Assembly: GCF_006345805.1 (NCBI RefSeq)
Contig: NW_021836252.1
Coordinates: forward strand, 1-24,957
DNA: 24,957 nt
Direction: 5' to 3'
From: Octopus sinensis
Taxonomy: Eukaryota
Position 1 is the stretch's first letter. Every line of letters begins with the position of its first letter. The position numbers and the translations under genes were made by a program. The notes beneath the pieces were generated by a model. The model worked only from the letters and a program-made list of their open reading frames with translations, did no database searches and had not been told where the DNA came from. Shown one piece after another: positions 1-10,087 of the stretch.

Positions 1-253
1 CAAAAGTATAAAAATAAATAATCAATATATAATAAGTATATGATTATTCATTTTTACACTGTTTGTGATCTAGTTATATGTTTTATAAAAATATATTTTA
101 TTTGTTTTTTATGATTTGGTTTATGTCTATCATTGTTTGAATTGCATAAATTGTGGTTTTATCTCTAATTTATATTTTATATATTTATATTGTGAAATTT
201 GATTTAATACTAAATTGAATTTTTCCCTGTAAGTTTGGAGTTATACTCCCTAA

Positions 254-255
<2 letters not shown>

Positions 256-307
<52 letters not shown>

Positions 308-309
308 CA

Positions 310-340
<31 letters not shown>
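256..340. repeat. (ATT)n microsatellite
   Basis: Near-pure TTA/ATT triplet run with a short ATC interruption; the source of the poly-I and poly-L ORFs in the track. Confidence 0.95.
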
Positions 341-346
<6 letters not shown>

Positions 347-699
347 TGCCAACCACATGGTTCCAAGTTCAGTCCCACTGCGTGGCACCTTGGGCAAGTG
401 TCTTCTACTATAGCCTCGGGCCGACCAAAGCCTTGTGAGTGGACTTGGTAGACGGAAACTGAAAGAAGCTTGTCGTGTATATGTGTATATATATATATGT
501 ATATATATGTGTGTGTGTCTGTGTTTGTCCCCCCAACATCGCTTGACAACCGATGCTGGTGTGTTCATATCCAGAAACCGATAGAATAAGTACTAGGCTT
601 ACAAAGAATAAGCATTGGGGTCGATTTGCTCGACTAAAGGCGGTGCTGCTCCAGCATGGCCGCAGTCAAATGACTGAAACAAGTAAAGATGTAAAAGAG
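347..699 (+). mobile_element. tRNA-derived SINE family A (CORE-like, octopus OR2-like), 5'-truncated
   Basis: B-box-like GTTCAGTCC, CORE-like CCTTGGGCAAGTGTCTT, internal (TA/TG) tract, and 3' end CCAGCATGGCCGCAGTCAAATGACTGAAACAAGTAAA. Matches the reverse-strand copies at 22782-23204 and 24077-24480. The A box is missing and a ~20-bp segment is deleted near 572. The family name is from recalled literature. Confidence 0.85.
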
Positions 700-1454
700 T
701 ATATATATTGTATATATATATATATATTATATATATATATATATTATATGTGTTGCATAGTATGTGCATGTGTGCGTGTATATATGTGTGCATGTATGTG
801 TTTGTAGTATGTATGTACATTAATTTGTCCGTATACGTATGTAAGTATAGATGAAGTACAGCGTTTCGTTTTACTATTACTTCTTGAGCCATTCTCTAAC
901 TAATCGTAAATATTGAACCATAACACAACTGCTTCTATATCCTATCTGTATACAAAAGCCAACTCTAAATCCGACTCACTGCAATAGCGACCCAATTAAC
1001 ATGATCGTTTGTGTGTTTACCCCGTCATTCACTCTAATATTTACCATCATATATCGTTTGTTATTTTAGCATCTCCATTCTGAAGATGGCTACGCGTACG
1101 AACAAAAACGTAGTTAATCTGTCCTCTCGCGTTAATTCAGAAAACATATTCCACACATTCCTATAGACAAAGCGTATGTTTCGACATTAAATCGTTTAAC
1201 AGATGAAACTCAGGCAAACTCGCATTCTTTCTCTCTCTCTCTCTTGATACACATACATACACACGTATACACAAACACCTATGCTCACGTCTGTTGGTAT
1301 ATTCTTGTATACCTAGCCAATATATTTTCTGTGTTTCTTAATTTCAACATTAATATGTGTATATATGTATGTACATTTACGTATGTGTGTGTGTTTGTGT
1401 GCTTGTATCTATGTATATATACATATATACACACATAGATGGAGATACATATAT

Positions 1455-1576
1455 GCATTATATATATAGTATGTATGCAGTATATATATATATAATATAT
1501 AAATATAGATATATATAGTATATAATTATATACTATATATATATATAATATATAGATTATATATATAAAATATATT

Positions 1577-1626
<50 letters not shown>

Positions 1627-1631
1627 ATATA
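1455..1631. repeat. Imperfect (TA)n microsatellite
   Basis: Long interrupted TA dinucleotide run. Confidence 0.9.
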
Positions 1632-2144
1632 CGTGTATATGAACATGTTAAATATGTATGTGTTTGCATTTGTATTTATGAGCTTACGCGTACATATTAT
1701 ACAAAAGTAATGGTTGCGAAGAATATTTCCAGACTATAACCATTATACCAAAATAGCGACTATCCCATTCTGCATGGAACTGTAGTTAACCTAATTCTAG
1801 AAGTAGTAGGAGTAGCAGTTCCAGTAGTCGTATCATTACCACCAACATAAAGATACGCAAAGATACAGTCAACGCGGAAACATGTACTGAGTTGAAAAAC
1901 CTGCTAGATTTAGCAACGAAAATATCCTTCAAATTACATGTCTTCATAAAAAGAAGGAGAGCATATCAAATAATGCAGTTCTTACTCTACAATGTCAAGG
2001 AAAAGTCCTCAATAGCGGCAATTGAAATGCATTTGATTCATAAGTTTATAAGTTTATTCAGTCACGGTTGACCTTAGGCTGTACGTGAACGACACAGACA
2101 AAAGCAAATTTAGAATTAACGACGATATCATTAACAATAATTAA

Positions 2145-2380
2145 GGTGGCGAGCTGGCAGAATCGTTAGCACGCCGGGCGAAATACTTAGCAGTATTTCG
2201 TCTGTTGCTACGTTCTGAGTTCAAATTCTGCCGAGGTCGACTTTGCCTTTCATCCTTTCGTGGTCGATTTAATTAAGTACCAGTTGCGCATTGGGGTCGA
2301 TATAATCGACTTAATCCGTTTGTCTGTCCTTGTTTGTCCTCTCTGTGTTTAGCCCCTTGTGGGTAGTAAAGAAATAGGTA
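2145..2380 (+). mobile_element. tRNA-derived SINE family B (Meta-domain-like body)
   Basis: A-box-like TGGCAGAATCG, B-box GAGTTCAAATTC, body GAGGTCGACTTTGCCTTTCATCCTTTCG..AAGTACCAG, ends AAAGAAATAGGTA. Homologous to 5633-5864. Confidence 0.85.
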
Positions 2381-2424
2381 TCATTAAGCAATAACAACAA
2401 CTGCTTTGAAGAAAAATCTATGCT

Positions 2425-2575
2425 GTTGCTTGACTTGCTCTAAATAGCAACTAAATCTTCAACATTGGATAAAATACACACAATACTTGGAAAATATTTG
2501 AAGAGTTGTGTTCTTGTACGACCTTCATCATAGGTCTATTTGGGCATGATTGGCCTGGGATAGAACAACAATAAT
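2425..2575 (+). mobile_element. Decayed interspersed repeat family C
   Basis: TAAATAGCAACTAAATCTTC resembles TAGAAATAGCAGCAAAAATCTCC at 4575 and the reverse copy at 17555-17611; ends in an AAC/AAT-like tail. Confidence 0.4.
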
Positions 2576-2577
2576 GA

Positions 2578-2769
2578 TTACAAATGTTAGCATAAGATCA
2601 GTAATTTCGGGGGAGGGGGCAAGTTGATTACATAAACTCCAGAACTCAACTAGTACTTGTCTTATCGACTCCGAAAGGAGGCAACGCAAATTCGACCTCG
2701 GTGGATTTTAAACTCTGAACGTTGAAACGGACTAAGTACCAAATAATTTTCTTTTGCTTATTTTAGGTC

Positions 2770-2840
<71 letters not shown>

Positions 2841-3017
2841 GAGGAATTATGTATTACTTTATCTGTGAAGGTACTAGACCTATTATTATTATTCTGATTA
2901 ATTTTGGAGAGGTTATATATTAAAACGGACTAAGATTTTAAACTCTGAACGTTAAAACAGACTAAGTACCACTAAGCATTTCGCCGGGCATGTTAACGAT
3001 TCTTCAAGTTCGATGCC
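2578..3017 (-). mobile_element. SINE family B copy split by a 193-bp insert (head 2934-3017, body 2578-2740)
   Basis: Reverse complement reads AAGGCATCGAACTTGAAGAATCGTTAACATGCCCGGCGAAATGCTTAG (head) and GTTCAGAGTTTAAAATCCACCGAGGTCGAATTTG..CCTTTCGGAGTCGATAAG (body). A 37-bp segment is duplicated at 2704-2740 and 2934-2970. Confidence 0.75.
2738..2869 (-). mobile_element. Penelope-like element linker fragment (empty-site copy)
   Basis: Reverse complement translates FTDKVIHNSS-N23-RPKISKRK. 27/30 nt match 10018-10047 and 33/33 nt match 13769-13801. Confidence 0.9.
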
Positions 3018-3039
3018 TTAGAACAACAACAACAACATG

Positions 3040-3270
3040 ATTCTCTGTAATTTATTCCGACTCATGGCATTCTGAGATCAAATCCCCTAGAAGTCTCAGT
3101 TGTTTATTCCGACTCTCTACAGCCTGAGTTAAAATTCCGCTGCGATCAACTTCGACTTTCATTCTTTCAGGGTATCAGTTCAAGACGGTTTATTTGACCG
3201 AAGCTAGAGAATGTCGGACATGATGTCTTGCAGTATTTGTTGAGCCTCTTTATGTTCTGAGTTCGAATTT
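3040..3270 (+). mobile_element. Highly decayed SINE family B fragments
   Basis: Repeated TTATTCCGACTC..TCTGAG(A/T)T(C/T)AAAT motifs plus GATCAACTTCGACTTTCATTCTTTCAGGG, resembling the family B B-box and body. Confidence 0.45.
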
Positions 3271-3479
3271 CGTACTTAATTATTTGTGTAATAGACTTAA
3301 ACCGTTATCCGGTTTAACACCACTACTTGGCATACTGAGTGTCTTTAACGGGTTCTTCTCTTTTGCAAGCATTCGAGCCAGGCTTCAATGAAACTGTCCT
3401 TATTTCCTGCCATTAATGTTGGAGGCCCTGTAAGGACACAAACTTTCTTCTTCATTAAAAGATATAAAAGAAATAATAA

Positions 3480-3718
3480 AAACAGTAGCAGCAACAGTAA
3501 TATCATTAAAAATATACGGGAAACTGTTATAAAATATCGTGACATATATTTGCCCTAAGGGTGGATGCTACTGTAGTTTGTAGCCTCAGGAGGACACCTC
3601 CTCCAGCTGGTTACAAACTGGCTCCTCCTGGGGCTACAAACTACAGTAGCATCCACCCTTAGGGGTTAGCCATATTTAAATGGCAAATATACGTCACGAT
3701 GTGTTGCAACTACTGTTT
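3480..3718. repeat. Nested inverted repeat (fold-back)
   Basis: 42-bp arms 3553-3594 / 3623-3664 (1 mismatch). Outer 19-bp arms 3536-3554 / 3682-3700 (1 mismatch). Outermost 18-bp arms 3480-3497 / 3701-3718 (3 mismatches). Confidence 0.9.
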
Positions 3719-3820
3719 ATAACTCGCTCTACGATTTATTATTATTTTAAAATAACAACAACAAAAGCAATCCAGCAATATGAGCAACTACAACAACACC
3801 AACAAGCAATTATCTCAAAC

Positions 3821-3978
3821 CAGTCATCCTTGACTGGTACTTTATTTCATCCCTCTCAGAAGCAGTAAAGGCAAAACAGACACTGGCAATATTTGAACTC
3901 AGAACGGAATGCGTTGGTACAAACACAGCTAATCATTTTGTCCAATGCGTTGACGATTTTGTTAATTCGCCATCTTAG
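3821..3978 (-). mobile_element. Decayed SINE family B
   Basis: Reverse complement: AAGATGGCGAATTAACAAAATCGTCAACGC..AAAATGATTAG..GTTCTGAGTTCAAAT..TTTTGCCTTT..AAATAAAGTACCAG. Confidence 0.7.
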
Positions 3979-4363
3979 ATTACAGAGGATATATCTAGGG
4001 CGGTGCTGCTACTATACACGCAAAGATTCCAAACTTCACCCCAAAAAATAATTCGTCCCTTGTAAGTAGCTGATTATCAGTAAAACTCGAGTATGACGAT
4101 CTGCATGAGCGGACTTGATTTCATATATGGAATAGTGCTGCTACTATACATAATACAAGCATTCAAGGCTCTATGAGATAAAGAAAAGAATGCCATCGAA
4201 CTGATTGGTAAATGTTCACGCACTATAAAGCATTACACCCATTTGCCCATTGAAGTGTTCTATTTTCACTTTGTCTATTCTACTGCTGCTAGGACGGATG
4301 CTCTCTTCTGAAATAACTATGCATCAGCCGACTGAACTCCTTTTGTAATCCCTTTCAAGGCAA

Positions 4364-4412
4364 ACACACACATACACACACACACACACATACACACACA
4401 CATACACACACA
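4364..4412. repeat. (CA)n microsatellite
   Basis: CA run with CATA interruptions. Confidence 0.9.
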
Positions 4413-4574
4413 GAGAGGCATACGCGCAAACACATACAAATGTACGCACGCGCGTACAAACAAACAAGCAAACAAGCAAACAAAAAAGAGCAGGCCACCT
4501 AACTGGTTAGAAAGAAAATGTACACAGTCTATTGTTTACAACAACCGTTAGATCAATTACGTAGAAATACTAGC

Positions 4575-4743
4575 TAGAAATAGCAGCAAAAATCTCCCCC
4601 AAATCTCATTGTGTCATCTTACAAATAGCAGGACGTAAAATGGATTAGTTCTAGACATTGCTGTGTCTGGAAAATAAACGAGATGGTCATGGCTAGAACG
4701 TATTTTATCATGTCTACTAGATAAGGGTTGATATAGAACTAAA
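4575..4743 (+). mobile_element. Interspersed repeat family C
   Basis: TAGAAATAGCAGCAAAAATCTCCCCCAAATCTC is roughly 80% similar to the reverse complement of 17555-17611; ends at CTAAACAGC, running into the (CAG)n tract. Confidence 0.5.
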
Positions 4744-4802
<59 letters not shown>

Positions 4803-4840
4803 CAGCAGCAACCACAGCAGCAACAATAGCAACAACAACT
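4744..4840. repeat. (CAG)n/(CAA)n microsatellite
   Basis: About 19 mostly CAG units followed by degenerate CAG/CAA. Confidence 0.95.
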
Positions 4841-5174
4841 GCATCACATTAAGTCTTCTTTTTCAGATCTCTAAGCTTCTTTAACCGCTGTTTCTGTTGT
4901 TCCGTTTACTACAGACTTGAATCGTTACAGGTTAAGTAGCTACTCTGTGTTGATAAACTCAGAAACCGGTCCACAGATGTTGTTTTGCGCTAGATGGGAG
5001 TTCTGAACCCCTTGCTCGAAAATACAAGGACGCAAATATTGTATCGTATAGACAGATGGAAACGATGTTTCTTGGAGCTAAACAACAGTAGCATCGTCCC
5101 TTCTAGGACAGCCACATTATGTTGCAAATAGCCTTTACTTTACTTTACCTTAAAGAATCGTTTCTGAATAAATC

Positions 5175-5360
5175 TTAGAGATTTCTTCTGACTCTTTACG
5201 TTCTGAGTTAAAATTTCGCCGAAGTCGGCTTTCTTTTATCCTTTCAAGATCGATAATTAAAGTACTGATCAAGTACCGGCGCCTATGAAACCGACTAACC
5301 TATGCACCCCCACCCCCCACAAAAGCTGCTGGCCCTGTGCCAAAATCTAAAACCATTATT
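5175..5360 (+). mobile_element. Decayed SINE family B, 5'-truncated
   Basis: GTTCTGAGTTAAAATTTCGCCGAAGTCGGCTTTCTTTTATCCTTTCAAGATCGATAA; C-rich tract and tail GGCCCTGTGCCAAAATCTAAAACCATT. Confidence 0.65.
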
Positions 5361-5632
5361 TTGAGTGGTTCACTTATCTAGATTTCACAAAGCTAGAAAA
5401 TATTCCGGTTTCCATAGAAATAGAGGAAATAACTTAACGAGGAAAGAAACATTTTATAAAAGTAAGGAAATAGTTCTGTATGATGTCATTTCGTAATCAA
5501 TGCGTGTATTGTTCCAAGAAAGGTTTCTCGTGATTCATAAATCATGTTGACGCCTCTGTGTACCCCCCACCCCCTACGATGAACCTGCAAGTAAATCGCC
5601 CTCAAATTGCAGGCATGAGTGTGTGTTAAGAA

Positions 5633-6154
5633 GGCGACGAGCTGGCAGAAACGTTAGCACGCCGGGCGAAATGCGCAGCCGTATTTCGTCTGCCCTTACA
5701 TTCTGAGTTAAAATTCCGCCGAGTTCTACTTTGCCTTTCATCCTTTCGGGATCGATTAAATAAGTACCAGTTACGCACTGGGGTCAATGTAATCGACTTA
5801 ATCCATTTGTCTGCCCTTGTTTTTCCCCTCTGTGTTTAGCCCCTTGTAGGTAGTAAAGAAATAGGTATTTAGTCTGTTTTTTATGTTCTGAGTTCAAATT
5901 CCGCCGAGGTGGACTTTGCCTTTCATCATTTCGGGGTCGATAAATTAAGTACCAGTTACGCACTGGGGTCGATATATAATCGACTTAATCCGTTTGTCCC
6001 AACTATGTTTAGCCCCTTGTGGGCAGTAAAGAAATAGGGATTTTGTCTCTTTTTATGTTCTGAGTTCAAATTCTGCCGAGGTCGACTTTGCCTTTCATCC
6101 TTTCGGGGGCAATTAAATAAGTACCAGTTGCGCACTTGGGTCGATATAATCGAC
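5633..6154 (+). mobile_element. SINE family B trimer: one A-box head and three B-box+body units
   Basis: Units at 5681-5864, 5865-6037 and 6038-6154 (truncated). Each starts G(T/G)ATTT(C/A/T)GTCT..TTCTGAGTT(C/A)AAATTC; the two complete units end AAAGAAATAG. Confidence 0.9.
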
Positions 6155-6340
6155 ATGTACGTGTGTGTGTGTGTGTGCCTTTGTGTTTGTCCGACCGCCA
6201 CTTAACAACCGGTGTTGCTTAACATCTCGACACAGGACCCGATATAATAGTACCAGACTCAAAATATAACTAGGGTCTATTTGTCCGAGGGTATCTCCAT
6301 CAGTGGCTGTAGTCCAATGAGTGAAACAAATAACTGGTAA
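6155..6340 (+). mobile_element. Diverged 3' half of SINE family A
   Basis: (GT)n, GTGTTTGTCC, ACAACCGGTGTTG, CCGATATAATAGTACCAGACT and GTAGTCCAATGAGTGAAACAAATAA follow the family A 3' half in order. Confidence 0.6.
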
Positions 6341-6847
6341 AAGAAAAGAAAAAAAGAAGCAGATACACTGATGACTACAATCTATAGATATATTCTATAG
6401 TACAACATAACATTGAAAAACAAAATTCTATACCACACAGACATGTCTGCTACTCTTTGCTATGAGTTATGTAAAGGAATATTTTTCTTTTCTTTTGTAG
6501 TGCATTTGGGAATATGCTGGAGTTGGTCTGGTGTTGATAATTTGTGAAATTTGATATAGAATTTGGCACGACGCTGTTCATTTGAGTCTTTACTTTTAGA
6601 AACTTCGCGTCTGGGCTTTACATTTGCACTTTCATATCAGTGTAGGCCTACAGTAGAACTGCGTGTGACACCATACGAATACTCGACTTTTATACAGGCA
6701 TTCTGTAGACTTTCATTCAACTAAGCCATTTAATTCTAAGCAAATTCTTTTCAGAAGATATATAATACCTTACCTCTTACTTATTCTCTCTCCTTCTGTC
6801 TGTTTGTTTGTCTCTCTTTCTCTCACTCTCTCTTACTGCATATCTAT

Positions 6848-6920
6848 GTGTGTATGTATGTATGTATGTATATATATATATATATATAATATATATATCT
6901 TATATATATAATAACATATA

Positions 6921-6975
<55 letters not shown>

Positions 6976-6988
6976 TATAATATATATA

Positions 6989-7061
<73 letters not shown>

Positions 7062-7074
7062 ATGCATATATATA
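6848..7074. repeat. (TATG)n + imperfect (TA)n microsatellite
   Basis: Long TA run ending at the TA next to the maT terminal inverted repeat. Confidence 0.95.
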
Positions 7075-7946
7075 CAGGATAGAGTGAATAATTACGCAAA
7101 ACTGAAAATAACACTGACATCTCATTTTAACAGATATATTTACCAAAAATTGCATAAAAATTTCTTGAAATAATAAAGAGTAAATTTATTCAATAAAATC
7201 GCCATTAGCTTCAACCACAGCCTCCAGACGACTGCAGAAACTCCTGCAACTCTTCTGGGCAGCCTTGTTTAAGTTGGTGAATGCTGCCATAATCCGTGCC
7301 TTCAGTTCATCTTTGGTGTTACCAGGAGTTTTGTTGGTCTCTCGCTCAACTGCGCCTCACACATAATAATCAAGGGGATTGCAGTCTAGGGAGTTAGGTG
7401 GCCAGATGTTAGGGGTGATGTAGTCGCAGAAATTGTCTAACAGCCATGACTAGGTTCTCCTGCCTGCTTGGCATGGTATAGAGTCCTGTTGCTTGACATG
7501 GGATCTTCCAGCAGCCATCCTCTTGACGCAGTGCAGCACTACCTCCTCCAAGCACTTCATGTAAGCCTCCGTGTTGAGTCTGGGGCCGTGTGGGAAGATG
7601 AATGGAAGCATCACATCGCTATCACTAGTAATCACTCCAAACACCAGGATGTTGACTGGATGTTTGATGTTTATCTCTTAGTACATGTCCTCAGATTGCA
7701 CTGTCCTTAAACTGATACCCAAACACGTTGAAATGTTCATAGAGGAGCTTCCGGCGCGAAATCCAAGCAGTACAGCATGTAGCTTCCATATTTCTGGCAG
7801 AGTGAACTGCATCATAGTGCTGTTTTTCTCACAGTCGGTGCCCAACGGACCCTACTATACTGTGTAGCCGAGAAAATTAAAAGCAAGCAATGCGCATGCG
7901 CGAAATAAAAAATATAAAATAGCGACAATTTACCCATTGCACTCTG
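7075..7946 (-). mobile_element. Internally deleted Tc1/mariner maT-type (DD37D) DNA transposon
   Basis: TA flanks both ends. Ends are CAGGATAGAGTGAATAATTACGC and (reverse) CAGAGTGCAATGGGTAAATTGTCGC, diverged TIRs. N-terminus MMQFTLPEIWKLHAVLLGFRAG starts at 7815. C-terminus reads KHPVNILVFGVITSD..QQD(37 aa)..WPPNSLDCNPLDYYV..RLEAVVEANGDFIE* (stop 7186-7188), with in-frame stops. Confidence 0.85.
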
Positions 7947-7989
7947 TATATGTGTGTCTATGACGTGTATCTGTGTTGTGTTTGTGTGT

Positions 7990-7991
<2 letters not shown>

Positions 7992-8053
<62 letters not shown>
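7992..8053. repeat. (TG)n microsatellite
   Basis: Pure TG run. Confidence 0.95.
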
Positions 8054-8055
<2 letters not shown>

Positions 8056-8385
8056 GGTGTGAGTGTGTGTACGCATGCGTGCCTGTGTGCATAAAAATGG
8101 AGAAAAAAATTACGCAGAATGGCCAATAGCATGTATTTGCACAACAATGATGAAGAAAAGAATATTTCATATTGTACATGGTTAGTTCTTGATTTACTGA
8201 AATTATTTTACATCTTGTCTTCTACAATGCTTAATACACATATATTAGCCTTTGTTGTTCAAATATATGCCACAGGCTACTTCGATTTATTTCCTTTTAG
8301 AACATTCTCCCTCGGCCTCAAATGCGTTCTAATAATTTTAGTGCATGTCTAAATATCTCGTTTTGCTGGAGATGATTTAGGCAGC

Positions 8386-8422
<37 letters not shown>

Positions 8423-8619
8423 GTGTGTGTGTGTTTATGTATGTATGTATGTATTATGTATGTATATATATGCTGGTAATTTATCCATAAGTCAGGGAAA
8501 AAACACGCGAAAAGACATTTTGAGCATTTATATTTTTATGTAATCGAATAGTACATCCGGTATGTCAGAACGTCATCTTTAGTTTCGAAACTGCTGTTGC
8601 ACTGGGTAAAGATTTAACT

Positions 8620-10087
8620 AATTTACATGATATTATGGATTTATATCAAATGGATTACTTTACTTAAAACATACCTACACCACCAAATAAACTATATCTC
8701 ATGATGCTACTTGAGTACGTTGAAGATCTCGTGAAACGGATGAAATTGAAGGCCTTATTTTTTGATTCCACGTTCCTCTTATACAGGGCGTTATGATTTA
8801 AAAACCCTCCTATAGTAAATACCGTCCTACAGTGAAAGTATTAGTCCGTTTTAAGTTAGACCTCTTTAATTTAGTTAAAAATATTAGATTCCATAAGTAT
8901 CATAACCCCTTTCAAACTAAAATGAAATCTGATATTTTAAACTTTAGAAGTTCTAAAAAGAAGTTCGTAATTTCGGATAAGACTAATACCTATATGAAAT
9001 TATTGATGATCTATAGACGTTGCTAAAAGGCATCATTTTCACTAAATTTAAGAAAGCTAACGTAAAGAAATACAAAAATATAAATGATGAGGTTAAATTC
9101 CTCGCTAAACGTAGTAATATCGACGATAGATTAGAATGCTTAGCTAAGAGAGAAGTTTTATTACTTTAAAAGACTATAAACCTAATTTTCATGATAAATC
9201 TACTCATGGATTCTTAAACCCAGCAAGATCTGAAATAGGGGTAGTAGCTAAAAGAATACTAAGAAACATTAATAATAAAATTAGAAAAATTACTGGGTTT
9301 CAACAATGGAATAACAGTTTTATTGTAATAGATTGGTTTAAGAACGTTAAGAATATGAATAAGGTTAAATTCATCCACTTTGACATAATAGATTTTTATC
9401 CCTCTACTTCTAGATGCTGCTTAATAAAGCCATTGAGTTCGCTAAATCATATGTTGATATTGACTCATTAGACTTAGATTTTATCAGGCATGCGAGGAAA
9501 ACACTTGCTTAGCAAAGGATTAACTTGAGTAGAAAATGTCGCATTATGATGAACTATTTGATGTATTTACGACGTCGTACGATAGAGCTGACGCCTGTGA
9601 CTTTGTGGGTTTATTTGTATTAAACACATTGAGATCTAAGTACCCGCCTCATGACGTTGGTCTATATTGAGTCGACGGTTTGGGTATTTCCCATGGATGT
9701 GATGGTCACACCCATGATAGATTTAGGAAACAACTTATTTCTACCTTATGTCAATTAGGCCTTAAAATTACAGATTAGTAAATCTGTCAGTATTTCATTT
9801 TTATATGTTTCCCTAGACCTGAACTCCACGTGTAAACCTTTCCATAAGCCTAATGAGAAATTCGCCTGTGTACCTAAACAGTCTTGTCACTCTCCTGCAA
9901 TTTTAAAAAACCTGATAGCTAATATTAATTAGTAACAGAGTGTCTAAACTTTCTTCCTCTAAAGAAATTTTTGAGAAAGCAGCCCCCTACTATAACAATG
10001 TCTTAGCCAGTAGTGAGTTCAAAGATAAAGTAATACATAATCCCTGTAGTAGTAGTAGTAATAATAATGATGATGATGATGATGATG

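Noticed and set aside
1-255. AT-rich segment that may be the end of another repeat
   Set aside because: It is cut by the window edge, has no second copy here and shows no recognisable motif.
185-892. ORFs with poly-I, poly-L, YI/HT repeats
   Set aside because: They are translations of (ATT)n, (TA)n and SINE sequence. The same applies to the other CV/HT/YI-rich ORFs across the track.
1070-1125. CTGAAGA plus an 8-bp stem (TGGCTACG/CGTAGTTA) as a hammerhead; MATRTNKNVVNLSSR as a PLE N-terminus
   Set aside because: No GAAA box follows the stem, and the frame closes after ~26 codons.
1790-2071. About 93 stop-free codons on the + strand
   Set aside because: No recognisable domain, no clear splice sites, and a Ser-rich start from an AGT repeat; plausible by chance.
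4003-4150. 16-bp direct repeat GTGCTGCTACTATACA (4003-4018, 4135-4150)
   Set aside because: Only two copies, and the enclosed DNA has no element features; cannot be called a TSD or a CRISPR repeat.
4614-4847. Poly-Cys/poly-Gln ORF
   Set aside because: A (CAG)n microsatellite with no coding context.
5633-6154. CRISPR-like array
   Set aside because: The units are 173-184-bp SINE bodies with no unique spacers, and the context is eukaryotic.
6368-6420. CTGATGA with a nearby CTATAGA/TCTATAG hairpin as a hammerhead
   Set aside because: The hairpin is not adjacent to the boxes, and stem I and the cleavage triplet cannot be formed.
6470-6630. ~57-codon open frame on the minus strand (possible host exon)
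   Set aside because: No convincing acceptor/donor pair or protein motif.
7740-7910. NRF1 + ETS-like motifs in CpG-richer DNA as a host promoter
   Set aside because: Explained as the 5' UTR and N-terminal coding region of the maT transposon.
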